A stretch of 63,978 nucleotides of DNA, the filler included, from Octopus bimaculoides (Eukaryota), in NCBI RefSeq assembly GCF_001194135.2. It is 7 parts of 6 records of this genome, joined end to end, with 100 filler letters (N's around TTAATTAATTAA, not from the genome) between each part and the next. Parts side by side here need not be neighbours in the genome. Positions count along the whole stretch, not along the records: positions 1 to 16,933 come from NC_068996.1; 6 more parts are not named here. One strand, written 5' to 3'. The stretch's first letter is position 1. Each line of letters begins with the position of its first letter. Below are positions 1 to 13,532 of this stretch, piece after piece. The notes below the pieces were generated by a model. That model worked only from the letters and a program-made list of their open reading frames with translations, was not told the origin of the DNA and made no database searches. The position numbers and the translations under genes were made by a program.

Positions 1-374
1 ACTGAGTCTGGTTTCACTGATAGCCATGATTTCTATGTTCTGTGACTTGATGTCATTTAGAAGGTAACCTTGCTTCCAAGCTGACGCCAAGCCACGTACA
101 TTTACACAACCTAATTTAAGCATAGTTGAAGTCGAAATTTGTGTTTCATACACGACAGTAAAAGAGACAAGAGAGAAGGTTACTTACTCGTTTCGAAAGT
201 TTTAGCTTCCTCTTCTTTTGAAGTATCTTGGATGAGGTTTTTGAAGAGTTTCTTTGATAAATATTTTTGGAACCCCCCAACCGCATTTGGAAAGAGGGTT
301 TTGAGTGTGTGGTGCTGCGTTTGTGTGATGTGAACTATTTTGATGTGTTTCGGTGGTGTAGTGGTGAGAGTAGC

Positions 375-427
<53 letters not shown>
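375..427. repeat. (AGAT)n microsatellite
   Basis: About 13 uninterrupted TAGA/AGAT units. Confidence 0.97.
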
Positions 428-567
428 TTGGGTTGCAATACTATGGTAGAAGTGTAACTGTGCAGTATCTAAAAGTTTTATGTCGGTACCCCGTAGCAAA
501 ATCAAAAGAGAAAACATTGAGAGACAGCATACGCATTACGTCATTTTATTGTTAATTTAAGCTTAAA

Positions 568-784
568 ATAGTAAGTTGACAGAATCGTAAACACACCGGA
601 CAAAATGCTTAGAAATTTTTCGTCTGTCTTTACGTTTTAAGTTCTAATTGCATTGAGGTTGACTTTGTCTTTCACCCCTTCGGGGTCGTTGAAATAAGTG
701 CCAGTCAAGTACCGAGGGTCGATATAATTGACTATTCTTTCCTCTCTAAAATTTTAGGCCTTGTGCCTATTATATAAAAGGTTA
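568..784 (+). mobile_element. SINE family A (tRNA-derived type) with 16-bp target-site duplication
   Basis: Homologous to minus-strand copies at ~4550, 17411, 20260 and 23910. Flanked by the direct repeat TTAATTTAAGCTTAAA at 552-567 and 785-800. Confidence 0.85.
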
Positions 785-1403
785 TTAATTTAAGCTTAAA
801 CTGTATTAAATGATTAATTTTTTCTAGGTCCATGGTTACGCCTGGAATCATCTGAAATGAATATATGATAGATTTTACCTGAAAAATATCGCAACAGAAT
901 AGTGGTGCACACCATTGCAGTAATGAGATGTGATTCGAAACTGGTATGAAACTTCAGCAGCGTATAATCATGACTGAAAAGGAAAGAAAGAAAAGAAAAG
1001 AAAAACCTTCAAAGAATATTTTGTGGGTGATTGAATTGATTATTCAAGTAAAATAATCCTTTTAGGGTTTTTGGTAATGATTAAACTAAAATTATTCGTA
1101 TCTGTATTTTAAGTGACATAAACAATGATGCTAAGTCTACTGAGATTGTTAAATCTACCTCGATTAATATAATTTTATAAAATTATTAATCGAGGTAATA
1201 ATAATTAATTCTATTAAATTATCAATCTTAAAAATATCAAATTTTACAATCACACATATTATAATTAAAGGCCGTTGCCTTTCTCTCGTAAGGTAGGGAA
1301 TTTTACGATTAACAATAACAAATTTCAAACCTCTTCATATGAACCGTATACATCCATTATCCTTTGAAATTATTCCTTTCCTACGTTTGTACAATTCAAC
1401 GTA

Positions 1404-1887
1404 CAGTAATCCCTCGACTATCGCGGATGTTACGTTCCACCCCACCCCCACGATAGGTGAAAATCCGCGAAGTAGAAACAGTACTGTATTGTATATATTT
1501 TTTCTTATTTTTATAATTTGCATGTATTTATCTTATTATAAATGCAAGACAACACCACACACTCACCTCCCGAGTTTCGTTTTCCATACAGTATGTGCCA
1601 TACTTTGTTTACTCATGTACGGTACATTACGTGTTTTATTTTAATATATTTTAATTAATGTGTTATACTCTATATTCATTTGTTAATCAATTAATTTTTA
1701 GGCGTGAAAATGCTTATTTTACCATAGAAATAGTTAAAATCTAAGAAAAACATAAACACATATCGGCCGAAGAAACCCGCGATATGCTGAGGAGTCCGCA
1801 ATATAAATTTATATATATATTAACTAGAAACATTCGCGATGTACTGAGGGCGTGATAGGTGAACCGCGATATGGCGAATGATTACTG
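1404..1887. mobile_element. Tigger/pogo-type (Tc1/mariner superfamily) MITE
   Basis: Imperfect TIRs: CAGTAATCCCTCGACTATCGCGG versus the reverse complement of the right end, CAGTAATCATTCGCCATATCGCGG. TA on both flanks (1402-1403, 1888-1889). Partial second copy at 45231-45586. Confidence 0.9.
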
Positions 1888-2129
1888 TATTTCAAAATGT
1901 TTTCACTCATAGCAATTTTTTCAAAGCCATTTCTTCTCAATTTTCATTTGTATTTCCACAAACTTCAAACAAGAATTCTTTATCGTTGTTATCATTTTCA
2001 AGATTTCAATAAATTTACTTTGAAAGCTATATGCATGAACGTACCGAATGTGGGTTTGTCTGTCTAAGTAAGATAAGTCTTAGAAGTCACCAGAGATGTC
2101 ACGCACATAAAGGGAAGTTATTAACTATG

Positions 2130-2320
2130 CATTTTACGGCATCTCTATTTACAAAAAGTGTGGAAAATATTGTGGACAGAAACGGCATATGAAGCTTCAC
2201 CGAAACAATACTGCAACACCAATTGCATGAGGCGCTCATCGTTGCCCTACCTTCACAAAAAGCTGTAAGCCTCTAGCAAGACTGAAAAGTCACATCTACA
2301 CATCCGCGTTGCTCATGGTT
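2130..2320 (+). mobile_element. RTE-like LINE 3' relic encoding a degenerate C2H2-like zinc finger
   Basis: Translates CPTFTKSCKPLARLKSHIY; similar peptide (ICTKECRPLTKLKSHIRA) on the minus strand near 22900. Confidence 0.45.
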
Positions 2321-2700
2321 AAGAGAACGATCATGTGATGCTGTTACACAAAATTGAGTTGTTACAACAATGTATGTATGCATATAAAAATATATACATA
2401 TATGTGTGTGTGTGTGTGTTCCAATGCGAATAGCTGCAAACAAATATTCTATAAATACTATTTTGAGTGTTACTTTTATTTTTTTCGTGTCTCGAAAAAG
2501 ACTATTATTTTTTCATAAAACATAATTTTTACAGAACTAATTTGATGACTTACGAGTTAAAGAGTAGAATTATCTCTAAAATAAAATTTATCGTGTCATT
2601 TATTAATGATTCTTGGTTTCTGTCCTTCATCTTTCCGAGTTTATTCATAAATATGTTTTGTAGATCAGTTACGTAATTTATTAACAAATCGATCACCTAC

Positions 2701-2732
<32 letters not shown>

Positions 2733-4549
2733 ACACATACACACATACATATATATACATATAGATACACACGCATACACACACATAATCATTAGGCATC
2801 ATATTAAGAATGATGCAAATTCCTGTGATTGAGGCACACGTTCAATCACAACTCCATTACAGATTGGTAGGATTATTTCTCACAGATTAGTTATATATGC
2901 AAACACACATATGCATACGTATTCTCGGGCGTATTTATTATATACACATGCATATACAAATAATTATATTTGTGTTTGTATATATATACGGAGTATACTG
3001 TTCCATGATGGTAAGATCAATATATATATACACGTGTGCATAAACATTCGCACGATTGCATGCATATATAAGTATATACATTTTTACACACATTCACACA
3101 CACACACACAAATATAAACCACCATAAAATAACATTCCATGATGTTAGGCACGGAGTTTTGTTCGTTAATCCCGGTTCAGCATTGCTCCATTATATCTAA
3201 ATAAAGATGCTCCAGTCGTGCCCATCCTCTCTTTTATTGAGACAGTGGATTCACCCCCTACATTCTCTAATGTATAGTATGTTAGTTCGTATTAGTGACC
3301 ATCGTTTTATTTGTTTAACTCCGGGTCAGTACTGAACCAGCAGACTGTTGTAATCCAACGTCGGACTGTTATAACGTCCACTCCGGTATAGCAGTATAGT
3401 TAGTTAGACAAGTAAGCCACGACTGTCTAATGACCGTCTACCCGACTGACACTCTTGACATCACAATATTTAAGCACATGCAACTCGTCACGTGAGAGGG
3501 GTGTTCCATTATTACTCGTATCTCCATAACACAAACCAAGGATAAAAGATGTTTCAACCATGTCCATCTTATTGTTTATTCAGACATAGTGTACCTTGGA
3601 CTACATTATCTGATTGTAGGGCAAAGTCCACTAAGAATAAAATCCCCGTAGGGGTTCTTATTGTGCATCTCCTTTAAAAATATGACTTAGGAGTTTACCT
3701 TCTTTTGCACTTCAACTTAGGGGGTATTGTCCGCGGGGTTTTAGTCCGAGAGTGTTTTGTCCTGGGGTGGGGTGTCCTAGTGGAGTTTTGTCCGGACCCC
3801 ACATTACCTATGGTGTCCTTTCTTATTTTTGTTGTTCTTTGTCCCTAATTTCAGTTTAGATGAAACAGAATTATGATCAAAAGCATTCCAGAAATGGCAA
3901 TCCTTTCTTTCATTTAGAAATACTAATACTGCATTTAGGCACATCTTATCTTAACACCCTTCCATATTGCTGTAATTTAACCGCAGGTTAGCCTTAATAT
4001 TGCAAAGCTTTGATTTAAAATATTACCGCTATGACATCTGAATGTTTATTCATATCCAGAAGCGGATCCAGAATAACATTATTTAATGTATATTTCTTCT
4101 CCTTCGCTCTATCTAAGCTTTTACTTTCCCTCAAAGTGCAGTTACAATCATAACTTCAAATTCTTGGTAGTTTTTGTTCTTTCTCTGCATTTTCACGTGA
4201 TTTATCCTCGTTAATTTAAGAAATGTATTCATTGTTTAATGCAACAACGTGTTATTCGAGGGAGCTATGGCTGCTATTTCTGTCAGGTCATGCAACCATA
4301 TACACTTTCCTTCAAAGGTTTAGTCACTAAGTCGGAGTTCCTTCTATCAGCTGTGGTACAAATAATCGTTTATTGGCAGAAATTTCTGCATGAACTAAGC
4401 TTTCTGAAATGAATAAAGAAAGAAAAATATGGACTGCATAACTTGCCTTAAATTTCCATTGACCCTGGATTTCAGTTTCTGTAGAATACGAGATTACAAG
4501 GATGCGAGATTACAATCATATGAAGACTTACTGTCGTTCTTTAAATATT

Positions 4550-4720
4550 AGTTTCAAATTTTGGCACAAGACCAGAAAATTTGGGGCTAAGTCGATTACA
4601 TTCACCCCAGTATCCAACTGCTACTTATTTTATCGACTGTGAAAGAATGAACAGAAAAGTAAACACGGACGAAATCCCACTAAGCATTTTGCCTGGAGTG
4701 TTAACGATTCTGCCAACTTC
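4550..4720 (-). mobile_element. SINE family A
   Basis: Reverse-complement homology to 568-784; followed by an AAT/AAC-rich tract. Confidence 0.8.
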
Positions 4721-4767
4721 ATAATAACAACAACAAGAAGTCGATTAAATAATAATGATAATGATCC

Positions 4768-5841
4768 TTTCAGAGGGTTAATATCTGTAGACGACTGTGT
4801 GGAGTTAGATACAGTAGATATAGACTCCTATGTAGGTAATAGCGAAGAAAGTTTATTGAAGTCTACTAGAGTCACAGCAACACATAGGGAAACCAAAAAC
4901 ACAAACGAACTTAAAAACCAGAAAAAGAAACAGAAATTATGTGACTGGCAGGAGAAAGCGTTGCATAGTAGTTTCTCAAATATAGTTTCAGCAAATAGTA
5001 ATAGTGAGACATAGTTATGGTTGCAGAAAAGAAAACTGAAGAGAGAGACAGAAAGTTTGTTATTAGCTGCAAAAGATCAAGCATTAAGGACTAATTGGAT
5101 AAAAGCCAACATAGACACAAAGAAGTTGATTCCTAATGTAGATTATGCAAATCAAAAGAGGGAAGCGTTACTCATATAGTAAGTGAATGTAGCATGCTGG
5201 CACAGGAAGAATACAAGAAAAGACATCATAATCTAGGGAGAGAAATCCACTGGGAGCTATGTGGAAAGCTAAGATTTAAACATTCTGATAAATGGTATAA
5301 ACATGAACCTAGTAAAGTACTAGAAAGTAAGAAATGTAAGACGCTGTGGGACTTTAACATTCCGACTGATAGAGTAATAGAAGCTAAAAGGTCTGATTTG
5401 GTAGTAATAGATAAAGAGAGTAGAAAATGCTAGATAATTGACTTTAGTATCCCAAATGATGAAAAAATGAATTTGAGAAGTATAGAAAAAATAGCAAAGC
5501 ACCAGGACCTAGCTATTGAATTACAGAGACTATGGAAAGTGCGAGTAAAATATGTACCAGTAGTTATCGGTGCATTGGAAACTATCCCTAGAGGTCTGAA
5601 CAGATGGATAGAGGAAATAGGCATAAAACCCAGTTTAGTAGAACTGAAGAAAACAGTGTTATTAGGGAGAGCTGAGATACTTAGAAGGGTTCTTGGCATC
5701 TAAGGTTACTTGATATAACCCGATAGGAGAGTTCTAAGGCTACTTCTTGTAGCCTGATGTTAGGACTCTTTTCTTTTACAACAGTCCAACAGTCTAATCT
5801 GCTGTGTATATATGAATAATAATAATAATAATAATGATGAC

Positions 5842-5875
<34 letters not shown>
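4768..5875 (+). mobile_element. R4/Dong-like RLE non-LTR retrotransposon, 5'-truncated and pseudogenised
   Basis: RGLISVDDCV post-RT motif, ETESLLLAAKDQALRTN, CCHC knuckle followed by EYKKRHH, RLE motifs (RSDLVVIDK, IIDFSIP, EKIAKHQDL, VPVVIGAL, ILRRVL*), then 3' UTR and (AAT)n tail. Confidence 0.92.
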
Positions 5876-6732
5876 TCAAAATTAAAAGAAGAGTGCCATT
5901 TGCTATCTTGTGAACAATATTTCGACATCTCGCGTGTCTTCCACTGGTTCAAAAAATAAATTTGTCAATCTACTTCATTCAGGAGGAGTTACCTCAATCC
6001 TTTCTATATTAACCAAAATGAAGTAGATTGACAAATTTATTTAGCNNNNNNNNNNNNNNNNNNNNNNNNNNNNNNNNNNNNNNNNNNNNNNNNNNNNNNN
6101 NNNNNNNNNNNNNNNNNNNNNNNNNNNNNNNNNNNNNNNNNNNNNNNNNNNNNNNNNNNNNNNNNNNNNNNNNNNNNNNNNNNNNNNNNNNNNNNNNNNN
6201 NNNNNNNNNNNNNNNNNNNNNNNNNNNNNNNNNNNNNNNNNNNNNNNNNNNNNNNNNNNNNNNNNNNNNNNNNNNNNNNNNNNNNNNNNNNNNNNNNNNN
6301 NNNNNNNNNNNNNNNNNNNNNNNNNNNNNNNNNNNNNNNNNNNNNNNNNNNNNNNNNNNNNNNNNNNNNNNNNNNNNNNNNNNNNNNNNNNNNNNNNNNN
6401 NNNNNNNNNNNNNNNNNNNNNNNNNNNNNNNNNNNNNNNNNNNNNNNNNNNNNNNNNNNNNNNNNNNNNNNNNNNNNNNNNNNNNNNNNNNNNNNNNNNN
6501 NNNNNNNNNNNNNNNNNNNNNNNNNNNNNNNNNNNNNNNNNNNNNNNNNNNNNNNNNNNNNNNNNNNNNNNNNNNNNNNNNNNNNNNNNNNNNNNNNNNN
6601 NNNNNNNNNNNNNNNNNNNNNNNNNNNNNNNNNNNNNNNNNNNNNNNNNNNNNNNNNNNNNNNNNNNNNNNNNNNNNNNNNNNNNNNNNNNNNNNNNNNN
6701 NNNNGAATAATAATAATAATAATAATGATGAC

Positions 6733-6766
<34 letters not shown>

Positions 6767-6935
6767 TCAAAATTAAAAGAAGAGTGCCATTTGCTATCTT
6801 GTGAACAATATTTCGACATCTCGCGTGTCTTCCACTGGTTCAAAAAATAAATTTGTCAATCTACTTCATTCAGGAGGAGTTACCTCAATCCTTTCTATAT
6901 TAACCAAAATGAAGTAGATTGACAAATTTATTTAG
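5814..6935. other. ~230-bp sequence duplicated on both sides of an N gap (probable contig-overlap artefact)
   Basis: 5814-6045 and 6706-6935 appear identical and directly abut the gap at 6046-6705. Confidence 0.8.
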
Positions 6936-7071
6936 CCCGGTACGGTAACTATTCTGCCAGTGCACCGCTTTTGTAGTTCTCGCAATATGGATAATGCTAA
7001 AAAGACGAGTATGGTGTTGTTTAGATAAAAAGAAATGAATGGAGGTAGGCAAAATTAGAATATATTTAAAC

Positions 7072-7115
7072 ACTACTACTACTACTACTACTGCTGTTGC
7101 TGCTGCCGCTGCTTT

Positions 7116-7184
<69 letters not shown>
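7072..7184. repeat. (CTA)n microsatellite with a GCT interruption
   Basis: Direct reading. Confidence 0.95.
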
Positions 7185-8172
7185 AATAGTGCCGATCTTC
7201 ATCCCTATCCATTGCTATATTTACCTTCCCACTTTTGAAACAATAAATAAATTTTCCCTTTAACGTATGTTCCGTTAAGGGTTCTTTAGTTACTTGAATA
7301 ATCTTTTCTCGCAGGTTCCTTATAGAAATTGTTTATGCATAAAACAAATAAGAAATCTAATACAAACAAAGTGACAAGAGACACCGGCCAAAGAAAAAGG
7401 AGAAATTCCTTAACGGTTTACGCGTGTGAGGAAGGGAGCGGAGTGGACTGAGAGGAAATGAAGAAAAGAAAACGGAAAATGTAGACAGACAGGAAAGATT
7501 GTAGTAGAGCGAGTGTGGGGGTGCCTGGGAGGGTGGAGAGACGAAGTAATCAGTTTTCCAATGAAATAATAATACATAGACAGTGAAATGTTTATGGATA
7601 GATAATAAAAGAGAGAAAAACATTTTGTTCATTCTGTGTAATATATATATATATATATATATATANNNNNNNNNNNNNNNNNNNNNNNNNNNNNNNNNNN
7701 NNNNNNNNNNNNNNNNNNNNNNNNNNNNNNNNNNNNNNNNNNNNNNNNNNNNNNNNNNNNNNNNNNNNNNNNNNNNNNNNNNNNNNNNNNNNNNNNNNNN
7801 NNNNNNNNNNNNNNNNNNNNNNNNNNNNNNNNNNNNNNNNNNNNNNNNNNNNNNNNNNNNNNNNNNNNNNNNNNNNNNNNNNNNNNNNNNNNNNNNNNNN
7901 NNNNNNNNNNNNNNNNNNNNNNNNNNNNNNNNNNNNNNNNNNNNNNNNNNNNNNNNNNNNNNNNNNNNNNNNNNNNNNNNNNNNNNNNNNNNNNNNNNNN
8001 NNNNNNNNNNNNNNNNNNNNNNNNNNNNNNNNNNNNNNNNNNNNNNNNNNNNNNNNNNNNATATATATATATATATATATAGACATATATATATATGTTG
8101 AGAGGCAGAGAGATAGATATACATATGCTCACATATACGTATGTATTTCTATCTATCTAACTACCTATCTAT

Positions 8173-8261
<89 letters not shown>

Positions 8262-8379
8262 CATACATACATACATACATACATACATGCTTGAATTCTC
8301 ATTTGTACCTATCATACGTGTGGTAGGTTATGTACTAAGAAATTTACAGAAAGACCTTATAATACTCTTTTCACGAGAA

Positions 8380-9761
8380 AAGCGCAAAAGAAACTGATGC
8401 GGATTCCCAAAATCTAATCTATTATTGGCATAGTGGAGATTTATAAGACATTCTAGAAATTCGAGTTTCCTGAAGATTAGGTCGTCAAAGGAGGGACGAC
8501 AGGAATCTGTAAGAGGGACTAACTCTCAGAAAATACCATAGCTTAGGAATTGATATGTAATTCCTAAGTATAAAAAAACCTTAGTGGGGCTCAATTACTT
8601 CAAGGTTTCTTAAAAGTTGTTCGAGGTTATCCATTTTGGATCTAAAGATGGACTCGAAAGCTAGGTCAGTAATTGGGGCTCCTAGGGAGCACCACGTTGA
8701 TGAAGGAAGAATAGCAGTTGAGAGGAGAGACTCAACAAATAATTTAGTTGTCTTCTCATGCGAAGCTAGGTGGTTGAAGAGCCAGAGCTTGCATTTGGAG
8801 CTGTTAACGCTAAGACCTCTGCGACCAAATTCCTCGATCACTGTCCTCGATCATTGTCCTCATTTTCATGAGGACCTCCCAAACATGCATCATTGAAGTA
8901 CCACACATTTAGGTTTAGGTCGGCTCCCATCTTGGTAATATCATCAGTAACCAATGAGAATAGAGCAGGACCAAGTGGATCGCCCTGGGTGGTCACCAAA
9001 CGAAGGTAGAAGGACTCCCGATAGGCTTGCCAAGCAAAGTAATAAAGTGGTGTGTAATTCTGCCTTACAGCGCGGAGGATGAGTCTTGACTGATGGAGTT
9101 AAAAGCCTTCTTATGGTCAAGTTTGAGGATGATCTTTGGGGACCCAGAGGGTAAATTGGTGAAAGCCCTGGTCGCATGAGCAGAAGCCTCACAACGGATA
9201 TTAATTATCTGTCATGTAGAGGGAGACCAAAAGGAACAGGAGCAGTTTCTGCCAGTCCGATTGTTGGATAGGCAGACGTTCTTCAGCAATTTCGAGAGAA
9301 AACGGGCGAAACAAGTCCGAGCACCCTTTAGGATCCGATTAACGAGCTTCAGTTTGGACAAATCCTGGAAGACGGCGGCAAAATCTTCAATAGGGATCTG
9401 GACTTCGGAACAAGGAACTGTTCTACTAAGGATGTCAGAGCGTGACATTGGTTGCATGTCCGGTTAGAAAAACTTCCGGTTTGAACCTTAGTAATGCCCA
9501 CGCAGCTCCTGTGGTAACTTAGACTGCACAAGTGACATTTGATGGCCTTCAAATAGCGACTTGTACAGGTGCAAAGAACACAGCCTGGAGGTGAACTGGC
9601 AGTATCAGTTGGGTCGGCATTAAAATTGGAATTCAGATGAGGAGGGGTGTTGTTGGGGGACGTATGGCGCTGGAGGCAGAAGGGATAGCTGAGTGATCAA
9701 CATTAACTCTGGTGGTGGGACTCGGGTGAAGGACACGATGCAGNNNNNNNNNNACACGATG

Positions 9762-9813
<52 letters not shown>

Positions 9814-10300
9814 CTAGCTGTAACGGGAGTGGTGGGATGAAAAGGGGAAGGTGGGGGAGGTTAGCGATGGAGGTAGAGAGGCGAGTTGGATGATGAGCGT
9901 TTATACTGGTGGTGGAGTTCGGCTGGGAGCGATGGTGGTAGGCTGGGTATTACGGGAGTTGTGGGGTGAATAAAGGGATGAGCAAGACTAATACCAGTCC
10001 AATCTGACGATGGCAGGGGTTGGAAAGAGATAGGGAGATACTAGTTAAGTCCCCTAGAAAGTGATGGAGGAGGTGGAGAGCAAGAGGACGAAACCTGGTA
10101 GGGTGCGACGGAATCGTTTAACCATGCTGGTCTCCTGGTTACTGGTCACAGAGATCGAAATCTTTTAATTAATTTTACTTTGTTTTTCCTTCCCTTCAAC
10201 AGACCGCCAATGCAAAGTCCAGTCAGACCATCGTGTTGCAGAAGTGCGATAATAGGAAAGTGAGGGCATTAAAACATCGAAGAGTAAAAGATGGAACTGA
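8380..10300 (-). mobile_element. CRE-clade-like non-LTR retrotransposon remnant (PHD finger + RT; internally deleted, 3'-truncated)
   Basis: Collinear minus-strand motifs: PHD C4HC3 (9445-9582); NRILKGARTCFARFLSKLL; CEASAHATR...ILKLDHKKAFNSI; QGDPLGPALFSL; LNVWYFNDACLGG; GLSVNSSKCKLW; FFILRNYISIPKLWYFLRVSP. The 5' boundary is uncertain. Confidence 0.8.
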
Positions 10301-10498
10301 AAATTTGAGGTGTACCAAAATTATGCAGCAGAAAAAGTAAAGAAATAAGTAAACACAGACATAAAAAGGAACAAAAGAAAATTACAAAAGTTAAAAAGAA
10401 AGAAAGAAAAAAAGAAGGGAAATAAGAGAGGGAAATAAGGGTGAAATAAGGGGGAAGGAATAAAAATTACAAAAATGATAGAATACAAAAGCAATGTA

Positions 10499-10625
10499 CA
10501 GGGTGTCCACAATGTCTGGGTACATGGGGATTAACAAATACTTTAAGAAATTATTATTTCTTATATTTAATTGTTTATGTTATGATTTTATTTACTCCAT
10601 GTACCCAGATCTTGTGGACACCCTG
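10499..10625. mobile_element. 127-bp Tc1/mariner-type MITE
   Basis: 29-bp TIR CAGGGTGTCCACAA(TG/GA)TCTGGGTACATGG with 2 mismatches; TA on both flanks. Confidence 0.92.
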
Positions 10626-11002
10626 TATAAGCACCGACATTCATAAGCGTCACGTCATTTGCTTTTTAAACTGTTTCTTACTTTTACTCCAACCTCCGTG
10701 CTTGCAGTTTCCACCTCGGGATTTTAAACTAACCATTGCGGAATTTTGCAAAACATTCAGGGCAGCAACGGAGAATAATCTTCATCGTTATTGTCAACAT
10801 CAATATTATTAATTTAGTTATTCTTGAAATTGTTTTAACATTTGTGTTCCAGTTATGTGCAATAACTGAAATATTGTGAGGAAAGTGTTAGTAATGACTG
10901 GTACTTTATTTTATCGACCCCAAAGTCATATGTGTGCGTGTGAGTGTATGTCTCTCTCTATCTCTGTATATATATATATATATATAGATATATATATATA
11001 TC

Positions 11003-11150
11003 ACGGGCTTCTTTCAGTTTCTGTCTACCAAATCCACCCTCAAGGCTTTGGTCGGCCTGAGGCTGTAGTAGAAGACACTTGTCCAACGTGCCACACAGTG
11101 GGACTGAACCCAGAACCATGTGGTTGGTAAGCAAGCTACTTACCACACAG
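11003..11150 (-). mobile_element. SINE family B
   Basis: Homologous to copies at 16745(+), 23420(-), 46630(+), 54720(-), 56070(-) and 56560(+); tail runs into (TA)n. Confidence 0.85.
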
Positions 11151-11779
11151 CCGGTCCTTTTGAAAATGTTGTTAACCACAAAGATGAGGACAAATATCCG
11201 TCAAATGTAAATAATATAAATAATGTAAATAATGTACATAATTCCTCATCTCTTAAATATAGAACTGTATATATATATATATATATATGCATGTACATAT
11301 GTATGCATTCGTGTGTCTGTATGTGGTATGTGTTTGTGAGTAAGAGAGAGGGAGAGAGAGAGAGTTTTAAAGTAGTCTATATTGAATGAAAGGAAATAAT
11401 AATTGTTAAGCTTTTGACCTAATTACTGAGCCACTTAATCAGCAACATAACTTGTGCTTGTATCAGGCCGGTTTAGCAGGCAGGCGCCCGTCACATCGGA
11501 TAAAATGTCTACACGAAAATGTGTATTGACTTATATTGGATGATGTCGTCAAGGAAGAGACTTTCAGATGGTGAAGATGAAAGGATAGACGTGTGAATGG
11601 ATAGATGAATGGAAGGGAATATTTATGCATTTATTCACTTTATTTATTGATGATTTTTATTATTCGAATCTAATGTTTAAAATGTTCTTTCTATTATTGT
11701 TATAAAACTTATACTTCAGATTTGTAAAGATTTCTCTCCTTGATTGGTTTAAGTTCAACTGATTATCTGAAGCGACGAC

Positions 11780-12240
11780 GAGGACAATGACGACGATGAC
11801 GACCACGGCGATGACGACCACGGCGATGACAACCATAGCGATGACGACCACAGCGATGACGACCACGGCGATGACGACCACGGCGATGATGACCACGGCA
11901 ATGAGGATGACGGTGATGAAGATGACATAGGATGCTAATACACCTAAATCGGCTCGCAGCCCCACCTATCCAGACTGTGAGATACAAGCATTTCGGAGCG
12001 GTTATCTCCTCTTCAGTCACAGAAACTGGACGGTTATCAGCTGCGAGACACCCCGTAATTCTAATCACATGTCCGAAGTACTGGAGCTTTGACCGCTCAA
12101 TGCGAAAAAGTAGCGGCTCGAAACGGAAAGATTCCCTGCTCTCCGAGCTTTGAAAACTACCAAGAAACATTATTCCAGCGGTCTTCCAAAGAAATCCCAT
12201 ACCAACCACTGTATTTGCGATTGTACATTATTGGTCGTTA
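11780..12240 (-). mobile_element. RTE-like LINE 3' end whose (CAT/CGT)-type tail has expanded into a 15-bp minisatellite
   Basis: Minus strand encodes RIERSKLQYFGHVIR, typical of the RTE C-terminus. The unit GACGACCACGGCGAT is repeated about 7-8 times at ~11790-11900, where the tail is expected. Confidence 0.65.
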
Positions 12241-13474
12241 ACCAGTATTCATATCCTTTATTCTGTCTATTTATTTGCCATGATTAGACACCTACTCTCA
12301 CGCTGCTACATACTGAACTTGTGCTGTTTTCCATCGGTTATGTTTTGTTGAAGACAATATCACAGCAACTTCGTTGGTGATTCTGAAATTAATTCTTTAT
12401 TCGGATATTATTCCATGTTTTCCGTCAAACATATAAAGTTAATAACAGAGAAACAATGAAACTTTTATTGAAGAAGTAAATACTTAGCTTTGCTTTCGCA
12501 GGTGCGCCACAATTTTTACTGTAAGACACATCTCACCCAACGAGTCAGTACAATTTATACATTGAAACACTGACGCGTACCCAGTCATACATAGACGCAC
12601 GCGCAGATATACAAATGTATACAGACACATAAAAGTATATGTATATACATATATATAAATATATATGCATATATACATATATATATACATATATATGTAC
12701 CTGTATATATATATATATATGTGTGTATATATGTAAACGTATATATATGTGTGTGTATGTGTGTGTGTGTGTGTGTGTGTCTGTGTGTGTCTATGGGTGT
12801 GTGTGTGTGTGTGTGTGTAAGCATATATAAGCACACAGTTACACACTCAGACTTATATATATGTGTGTGTGTATACGCATAAATATGTGTGTGCATGTTT
12901 GTGTGTACAAGCACACGTAAGTGGGTTTGCGTGGTGTGGCGTATCGGTGCACGTGTCTAAATGAGTCTGCATACGTGCGTTCGTCTGGAGAGTGAGACAT
13001 GGTCAGACAAAAATATATTTTACTTAACTAAAAATATATCCCAATTTTTTTTATTTTTTTAATACCTTTTTAGCAATATGAGAGATTTTCCTTTACAAAT
13101 CTCATTCTTATTGACAAGATTAATTCAAAGTTACTTTAAGGGATTGGATTAACAACTTTTCGGGGGGAAAAGTCTGACCTCAATTGTGGTTGGACAATTA
13201 TTAACCCACTTGACTTATTTGAGTTGACAGTTAAATTGCGAAAGTACTCAAGTGCTTGCCTGGCAGGCAGATAAAAGCCTGCAGGTCTGTTTTTGATGGA
13301 CCACTAATCATCACAGTTAATGTTCATATCTTCAAATCGGTCTTTCTGTGTGCGTGTGTGTGTATGTGTGTGTGTGTGTGTATGTGTGTGTGTGTGTGTA
13401 TGTGTGTGTGTGTGTGTGTATATAAATGCATATGTATATATATATATGTGTATATATATGCATATATGTATATA

Positions 13475-13532
<58 letters not shown>

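Noticed and set aside
11780-11925. DDHGD-repeat Asp/His-rich (metal-binding-like) protein on the plus strand
   Set aside because: No start or splice context; it sits where the tail of the minus-strand RTE relic is expected, so a tail-derived minisatellite is simpler.
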